A DNA stretch of 64,000 bases from Macrostomum hystrix (taxonomy: Eukaryota; Animalia; Platyhelminthes), in contig CATNEN010000003.1 in assembly GCA_950097015.1 (NCBI GenBank), positions 15,314,001-15,378,000 on the forward strand, given 5' to 3'. The translations under genes and the position numbers were made by a program. The number at the start of each line of letters is the position of its first letter. Position 1 is the first letter of the stretch. A model generated the notes under the pieces. It was not told the origin of the DNA. It did not search any database and was given only the letters and a program-made list of their open reading frames with translations. Positions 57,201 through 64,000 of the stretch are shown piece by piece.

Positions 57201-59713
57201 GAGTGAGGTGGCTGTTGGATAGGTTGCCCCCAAGTCTTCACTAATGTACATCTAAAATGAACATTATTTTGCTAGATCTTGCTTATCAGAGATGGGTTAG
57301 AAAAATTAAAGTGCGGTCGAAGTAACTGCTAGCCTGCATGCACAGATAATGTACATAAATAAAATTAGGCGCCTGTACACTATGGACCTTTCTTTATGCT
57401 AAACAGCCAATAAGCTCTTTATTTATTCTACGTAAACTGAGATCGATTTTGAATGATCTCAAAAATATAAATAATTGACAGCTCACAGAACAGTTCCGAA
57501 TGGAATAAGCAAATGTCAGTTGTGAGCCTGTCTTCAATTATTCTTTGCTACAATTTGAGCAGTAAATATCATTCCATACAGAGTGTAAGCTTTAGCTTAG
57601 TGATCACAATGGCGCAAAGCCAGCTCTTGACATTGATCGTTTAATCGCGTTTAGCTTTAAAATAACTCTTGTGTTTTTCTTGTCTTAGTGAGCCAGTGAG
57701 TGAGTGCAGACCAACTTGTCTATTTCTTGACTGCTTCTTAAGTAAGCTAGTGTAGGTAAAGTAAGAATAGCATTTGGATTGAGACAAATGGGCAAGAAAA
57801 TAATGCTGCTTTAATGTGCCGTGGGTCCGTTAAACTGCTTTCTTTCAAAGACGATAGAAGATCGAAATCTTGTCTCTTGTCTTGTTTTGCTGAGGGCGTA
57901 TAGAAAATTCTTGAGTGATTTATTATATTATCCCAGCTAGATTAACTCCTAGCAAGGTCTATATGCCGAGAATTATATTGAAATCTATGCAGCCTGAAAT
58001 TCAAACTGTGTCTAAACTAGCGACTTGCATTTTAGCAAGCATTACCAGTACCGCTGCAGAGACGGGTGCTGTGGTACACAAGCCACAAAAAACTGTGACA
58101 CAGCTGTACACAGGCTGTACACAGGCTGTACACAGGCTGTACACAGACTGTACACAGGCTGTACACAGGCTATCATTTCTCCCGTGTCTGATACCTCACC
58201 TGTCGAATCTTTACCACGCGTTCTATCTCACTCACGAGTCTCATCCTACCCGCAATTTTATTTACCGTGTCTCGTTTCTCACGTATCTCATCTCTTCCCT
58301 TTCTCATCTCTTCCCTTTCTCATCTCTCCCCTTTCTCATCTCTCCCCTTTCTCATCTCTCCCCTTTCTCATCTCTTCCCTTTCTCATCTCTCCCCTTTCT
58401 CATCTCTCCCCTTTCTCATCTCTCCCCTTTCTCATCTCTCCCCTTTCTCATCTCTCCCTTTCTTATCTCCTCCCTTTTTTATCTCCTCCCTGTCTCATCT
58501 CTCCCATTTCTTATCTCTCCCCTTTCTAATCTCTCCCCTTTCTCATCTCCTCCCTGTCTCATCTCTCCCCTTTCTCATCTCTCCCCTTTCTCATCTCTCC
58601 CCTTTCTCATCTCCTCCCTTTTTTATCTCCTCCCTTTCTCATCTCCTCCCTGTCTCATCTCCTCCCTGTCTCATCTCTACCCTTTTTTATCTCCTCCCTT
58701 TTTCATCTCCTCCCTTTTTTATCTCCTCCCTGTCTCATCTCCTCCCTGTCTCACCTCCTCCCTGTCTCATCTCCTCCCTGTCTTATCTCCTCCCTGTCTC
58801 ATCTCTACCCTTTCTCATCTCCTCCCTTTTTCATCTCCTCTCTTTTTTATCTCCTCCCTGTCTCATCTCTCCCCTTTCTCATCTCCTCCCTGTCTCATCT
58901 CCTCCCTGTCTCACCTCCTCCCTGTCTCATCTCCTCCCTGTCTCATCTCTACCCTTTCTCATCTCCTCCCTTTCTCATCTCTACCCTTTCTCATCTCCTC
59001 CCTTTCTCATCTCCTCCCTTTTTCATCTCCTCCCTTTTCTCATCTCCTCCCTTTTTTATCTCCTCCCTTTTTCATCTCCTCCCTTTCTCATCTCCTCCCT
59101 TTCTCATCTCCCCCCTTTCTCATCTCTCCCCTTTCTCATCTCTTCCCTTTCTCATCTCTTCCCTTTCTCGTCTCTACCCTTTCTTATCTCCTCACTTTCT
59201 CATCTCCTCCCTTTTTTATCTCCTCCCTGTCTCATCTCTACCCATTCTCATCTCCCCCTTTCTCATCTCTCACCTGTCTCATTTCTCACGTATCTCATTC
59301 CTACGCTTTCTCATATTGTTTCTTTCTGATTTTTCCCGTATCTCGAAAGCATCCAGTTAAAGTAGCTAAATTATTTTAACTCCCCTCAAATTTCCATACT
59401 TCTATAATGCTTCTAGTGCTAGTCCTAGATAGAGCAACTCACTTGAGAAGGTATTGGCAATGAGATTCAGCGGCAGGCAGAATATTGCCATGAGAATATC
59501 GGCTGTGCTCAAATTGCAGATGAAATAGTTTATGGTAGTGTGCATCGTTGGCAGCCGGTACACGGTGGCGATGACAGCTGCATTGCCAATGATTGACAAG
59601 ACGAACACAAGTGTATAGGCTACCGACAGAAGTGTGAGCAGAGCGGACGACAATTTGAACTCCCAAAGATTCACTGTCGCTTCACCAGAGGTTTCGTTCA
59701 ATGCCACGTTCAT
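36206..59713 (-). CDS. Rhodopsin-class neuropeptide GPCR, SIFamide/NPFF receptor-like
   Basis: Phase-consistent exons 59713-59443 (TM1-2: GNAAV..MHTTINYFICNLSTADIL), 40611-40512 (NWVAGKALCKAMPYLQGVAVAASVTTLSVIAFDR), 38452-38132 (YLAICRP..TM4-5), 37224-36948 (FALSWLPL..QWIGISNCCVNPWIY). The last exon lies at about 36206-36650, but its acceptor and frame are unresolved. Confidence 0.88.
37230..37612. repeat. 17-bp minisatellite (AGGTGAGATAACAGACA) abutting the GPCR exon 4 acceptor
   Basis: Directly visible. Confidence 0.95.
38500..39755. repeat. 19-bp minisatellite (GACCTGTTAGACAGAGAGT)
   Basis: Directly visible, in GPCR intron 2. Confidence 0.97.
40074..40350 (+). mobile_element. SINE family A, copy 2 (internal deletion)
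   Basis: Reverse complement of the 13.3-kb copy, lacking the segment between cattcgtttg and ggccaacctcc. Confidence 0.8.
41285..44352. repeat. 16-bp satellite (TTCATTATCTACCCAG variants), about 3 kb
   Basis: Directly visible; variant blocks recur (lines 41701 and 42181 identical). Confidence 0.97.
45123..45422 (+). mobile_element. CORE-like SINE family B, copy 2
   Basis: gtagcctagtgattagagcg..gggttcgattcc head, CORE-like gtgtccttcagcaagacacttaactc, 3' part shared with 17943-18240. Confidence 0.82.
45482..46280. repeat. Long imperfect inverted repeat (arms 45482-45793 and 45970-46280, 176-bp spacer)
   Basis: aacggagcaacgcaagcacacgaaactcaagaacacggacca..ggaccttcaacaagt is mirrored by acttgttgaaggtcc..tggtccgtgttcttgagtttcgtgtgcttgcgttgctccgtt. 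Confidence 0.9.
46810..48076. repeat. 23-bp satellite (GACAGGTAGATTAGATAGATAAA)
   Basis: Directly visible. Confidence 0.95.
48730..49061 (-). mobile_element. SINE family A, copy 3
   Basis: Highly similar to 13275-13630, same orientation. Confidence 0.82.
49700..52570. repeat. CT-rich region grading into a 12-bp satellite (TTTATCTACCTC)n
   Basis: Directly visible; homogeneous from about 50555. Confidence 0.97.
53445..54117. repeat. About 63-bp degenerate tandem repeat, each unit carrying the palindrome GTCACGTGAC
   Basis: gtcacgtgac or gtcatgtga at about 53448, 53512, 53575, 53638, 53700, 53775, 53838, 53901, 53964, 54011, 54105. Confidence 0.85.
55020..56438. repeat. 18-bp minisatellite (TGTGTGTTAGACACAGGA)
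   Basis: Directly visible. Confidence 0.97.
58095..58171. repeat. 11-bp tandem repeat (CTGTACACAGG)
   Basis: About 6 copies. Confidence 0.9.
58280..59300. repeat. 17-bp pyrimidine-rich minisatellite (TCTCATCTCTCCCCTTT variants)
   Basis: Directly visible, near the GPCR intron 1 donor. Confidence 0.95.
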
Positions 59714-60159
59714 CTTCTACGCTTATTGCTGCCTTTTTTCCTGAAGCAACTGTTTGTCGGACAAGCGGGAAAATCGATCAAAAATTTGTTCGTCCGGGGG
59801 CGACAAAATTTAAGCTTTGCAGTTCGGAGTGAGGTGGGCAGTCAGCGATTGTTTGTCGCCCATTGGCTGTGGCAACGGTAGAAAGGCATTCTAATGGCAG
59901 CAGATGGAAAATTAAATGGGAAATTAATGACAAATTTGTAGATTCAGCTTGAGATCTTTACCTGGGCGACATCGTTATGGTAGCGATGATTTGTCCTTCC
60001 AAGAACTATGTAGGTTAAACTAAGCCACACAAGCCTGAGTTACTAATTTAAGAAGTCAAGAAGCACACTGGATTGTTTTAAAAAGCAAAACATATATTTT
60101 TATACGTAAATGTGATATTACTAAAAATCAATGCGCCATAATTATAAATCTATAAGCGT

Positions 60160-60800
60160 TTCTTAGAAATAGAGCGCCATTCTCGGAAATCTAAAAAGCA
60201 ATTCTAAGAAATCAAGCCACGGTTCTTGAAAAGCAAAAAGCTTTTTTTAGAAACGAATATGTCGTGTTAGAAATAAAGGCGCCATTCTTAGAAAAATATT
60301 TTCTTAGAAATCAAGCCATCATTCTTAGAAATCAAGCCATCATTCTTAGAAATCAAGCCACTATTCTTAGAAATCAAGCCACCATTCTTAGATATCAAAA
60401 TGCTTTTCTTAGAAACGAAGATACTATTCTAAGAAATCAACGCGCCATTCTTGGAAATCAAGCCACCATTCTTAGAAACAAAAACACTTTTCTTAGAAAT
60501 CAAGGCGCTACTCTTGGAAATCAAGCCACCATTCTTAGAAATCAAGCCACCATTCTTAGAAATCAAGCCACCATTATTAGAAATCAAGCCACCATTCTTA
60601 GAAATCAAGCCACCATTCTTAGAAATCAAGCTACCATTCTTAGAAATCAAGGCGCCATTCTTGGAAATCAAGCCACCATTCTTAGAAATCAAGCCACCAT
60701 TCTTAGAAATCAAGCCACCATTCTTAGAAATCAAGCCACCATTCTTAGAAATCAAGCTACCATTCTTAGAAATCAAGGCGCCATTCTTGGAAATTAGAAA
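60160..60800. repeat. 21-bp minisatellite (TTCTTAGAAATCAAGCCACCA)
   Basis: Directly visible upstream of the GPCR. Confidence 0.93.
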
Positions 60801-63800
60801 CCCACTAAAAAATCGAGCATTCTTGGAAAAAATTCATTTGCTATGACAGAAAAAACTCTTAGAAAAAAAAATTAATCAAGAAAGTTTTTCTCATTTTAAA
60901 TATTTGTGCGATTCTTAAATTCTAAAATTATTTCTTAAAATCCTAAACGAAATTTGAAGATAAAAATCTTAACGATAAAGTGTATAAGAAATGTCATTCT
61001 TAGAAATCAAGAATAATGGTTCTCAATACTCTACTCCGAAGATGATGCTTCTAATCTATGATGAGTATTAATTTTTACGCTAGGATCAAAATGACATATA
61101 CACTTCTTTAAAAATTATTTGAATTAAACTATATCCTAGTCGCAGGAACTGAAAATCATCAAAACGAGTCAAATCCAGTCCAAATTTGTTTGAGTATACA
61201 CTCGAACACAAAATATAAAACCTGCGAGAATAGTTATATATTCGGAAGATTTTAGCAAATGAAAAAAGACACTCTCAATAGAAATATTTTCCTATGAAAC
61301 TCGATATCTCAAAAGCGTGATCTTGTGCAAGTGCCAATTGAGGATGGTACTGCTACAGAGAAGCAGCTGATTGTTTGTAAGTCGAAATGCTTCAAAGTAC
61401 TCGTAGTTGCGTGAGATCTCGCAAGATTAAGTCTGCATATGGGACCTTAATCCCTTTATGCTTCAACTGCATAGTTAGCCAGCTAGCTGCAAAATTAATT
61501 ACTTGTCTGATTAATTTTAATCGCAAGGCGAATCTATTTTGCGTCATCTCTAGACAGAGGGGATAAATTTCGAATTAAGTTCACTAAGAACAGTAAAAAA
61601 TACATTTTTTGTATCTGTATCTCACAAAATATTCAACCGATCGCCATAAAAATCCAGAAAGCGGGCTAGAATTTTCTGGAATCACAAAACATTGACATCG
61701 TCGGCTTTGAAAGTTCACTATAATAAGCGGAAAATTTTGAAAACGAAAATTGGTCATTCGGTTTTGGGGCTATTAATTGTGAAGGAGGCAGAGAGTTAGT
61801 AGTATGACAAGCGCATGTTTCAGATAAAAATTCGTGTCTTTTCAACTAGATAGAATAGAGACTCGGGTTCTTCTCCAGTGTTTCATCTCTCCGAAGAAAA
61901 CTCGAATGTCCTCATGTGTCATGTAATAATTCTCCAGCTCATAACCAATATGTATCAAAAGCTTGCACACATTTAAATAACGAACTACTCGTACTTTGAT
62001 ATATTTTTTTAATATTTATTTTTCTTAATAAGATTTAATTTTTGTGACTACGAAGAGTTAATACATATACAAGTATTTGAGCACAAACGGACGTTCGGGC
62101 AAAAATACTGTGGACAACTATTACAATAATTCACGTCTACTAAAGTGTAATTACTGAATTTACATACAGTAACGGTTAGACGATCAACTTAAAAACACGC
62201 TGTTAAGACAAGTTATAGTAAAACACAATTTGACAAAGGATTAAGTAACACAGACAAAAAACGAAAATAAAAAAAGAGCTCAAAACAATCGCTTAGGATT
62301 GACAATTTTTTGATAATGAAAAACGAACTGACGAAAGTACATTTTCAAATAACAATGCTTGAACTTCCAAGAACGAGCAAAGTTTTGCCTGAAGCTAAAA
62401 CTAGACCATGCATGCTAAAAATGTAGCGCATATACTCGGAATGTAACAAATAACGCACAACATAATTTAATAGTTGGTCATAAAATAGTCAAACAAAAAA
62501 CTATGGAGACATCAATTCAGAAACTTTGCTTGCATTGTTACAAAAATGGAAAACTTTATAAACTTTATTATGTAACGGTATGTTTTCGTGTAGATATACG
62601 TTTTCATTTTGTAAATACGTTTTCGCCTTATAAAAATAATCATAAAAATCTTAAAGTTAAAAATGCGCCAAAAAATAAACAATTTGTTTTACTTCTAACC
62701 GTAGCAATAATAATACGTATAAAATCCTTTTGTTTTAATGACTACCGTATAAAATTATATTGCTAAAATCCGCCATTTTAACAAATGCGAAATCCCGTGT
62801 GTATAAATAGCCGCAACTTTCAGACAGAAAAATAACCTTGCAGTAGTTGTTGTTAAAACTAAAAAAAACTTTGTGAGTAAACTTGAAAGTCCTTGAAAGT
62901 CGTTGTTTGAAAGTGTTTATCCAAGATATAAAAAGAGTGCCTTGAAAAGAGGTGTATTGTGTTATTTATTTCAAGAGAGGAGAACATTGAGGAATATACT
63001 CAGAATTTAAGAACCATACTCAGAATTATACTAAGAACCATACTCAGAATTATACTAAGAACCGTACTAAGAATTATACCCAGCTAGATTTATACCAAGA
63101 TTATTATTATTACAAAAGGGAAACCGCAAAACTCTAATCTCGGGGACGCCTAATTGACTGGAAACGCATACAGTTGCCTAATTACCGCTCGTGCAATACA
63201 TACGCTACCATAATGAGGAGTTAAAACGGCCCATTTAAGGACCGCCAGTCTAAATATCTATTAAATTGAGACAGCAGCAGTGAGATCCGCCCTGGTACAG
63301 CTTTGGTGCCATTAAAATTAAAGCCAGTATTGTTTAAACACGCATATTACAACTTTAATAACAGCGGTGGGATTAGCATTATTGGAATTTAGAGTTTAGT
63401 AAGAAATTAGAAAGAGGCCTACGACAATTAGAAATAAAACTTAACTTCTTCGTTATCTTGTATATAGTTCAAAATGTTACAAGAAATAATTATTTCTAAA
63501 CGTCATGTTTATCTTGCGCGAATTCAAACTTCATCATGGTTCGTTTCTAACGCTTCAGAATTTTGTCGATTCCGTCAGAACCAGAACTGATTATGAAATT
63601 TCAGGAAATTTATATATTATACTCGTAAATTATTAAATGTAATTACGATTCATACTTAATATAAGACCAAGATGAAGATTAATAAAGTAGTTCTGAAACT
63701 CAATAAATGCTTCTATAAAAATCGTTTTGGGAGGTACGAGTAGGATCTTGATCTGATTCCGGTATGATTAGAATCAGGAAAATCTTGAGTTTAGCGCAAA

Positions 63801-63933
63801 TTCAAATTAATTCAATGCAATATATGGCGTGAATTTAAATTCTCAAAAACTATTTTTCGCGCGAATTTAAACTTCACACTCAGATGAATCCATTGGCCTA
63901 TTAGTCACGATCACAAGGCTGGATGTTGGTCTT

Positions 63934-64000
63934 TGCTGCTGCTGCTGCTGATGTTGCTGATGCTGATGATGATGCTGATGATGATGCTGATGCTGCTGCT
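63934..64000. repeat. TGC/TGA trinucleotide repeat (CAG/CAT on minus; possibly a polyQ/H coding tract cut by the window edge)
   Basis: Directly visible at the window end. Confidence 0.7.

Noticed and set aside
61190-61700. Possible Tc1/mariner-like terminal remnants
   Set aside because: No matching TIR pair or transposase could be established.

Overview
Eukaryotic (animal) genomic DNA: GC-rich exons in AT-rich introns packed with minisatellites. The style suggests a flatworm such as Macrostomum (inference only). All host genes are on the minus strand. In transcription order (right to left): a SIFamide/NPFF-receptor-like GPCR with an 18.8-kb repeat-filled first intron; a compact KAT6/MOZ-like MYST acetyltransferase; mitochondrial ribosomal protein L24; a short protein matching only the JARID2 N-terminus (UIM plus PRC2-binding segment); GCC2/GCC185 golgin; an ankyrin pseudogene; and the 5' part of a TTC13-like gene. 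Mobile elements: a decayed Merlin (IS1595/ISXO2-like) DNA transposon, a 5'-truncated Jockey/I-like LINE, two tRNA-derived SINE families, MITEs and a 310-bp inverted repeat. Main findings: (1) the LINE's ORF1 begins with the C-terminal half of an AlkB/2OG-Fe(II) dioxygenase, so this may be a retrotransposon family carrying a nucleic-acid demethylase; (2) a stand-alone 'mini-JARID2'; (3) mRpL24 and mini-JARID2 lack an obvious start codon but open in frame right after splice acceptors, which fits SL trans-splicing where the leader supplies the AUG, in an operon-like cluster. Protein identifications come from remembered motifs, not from database searches.
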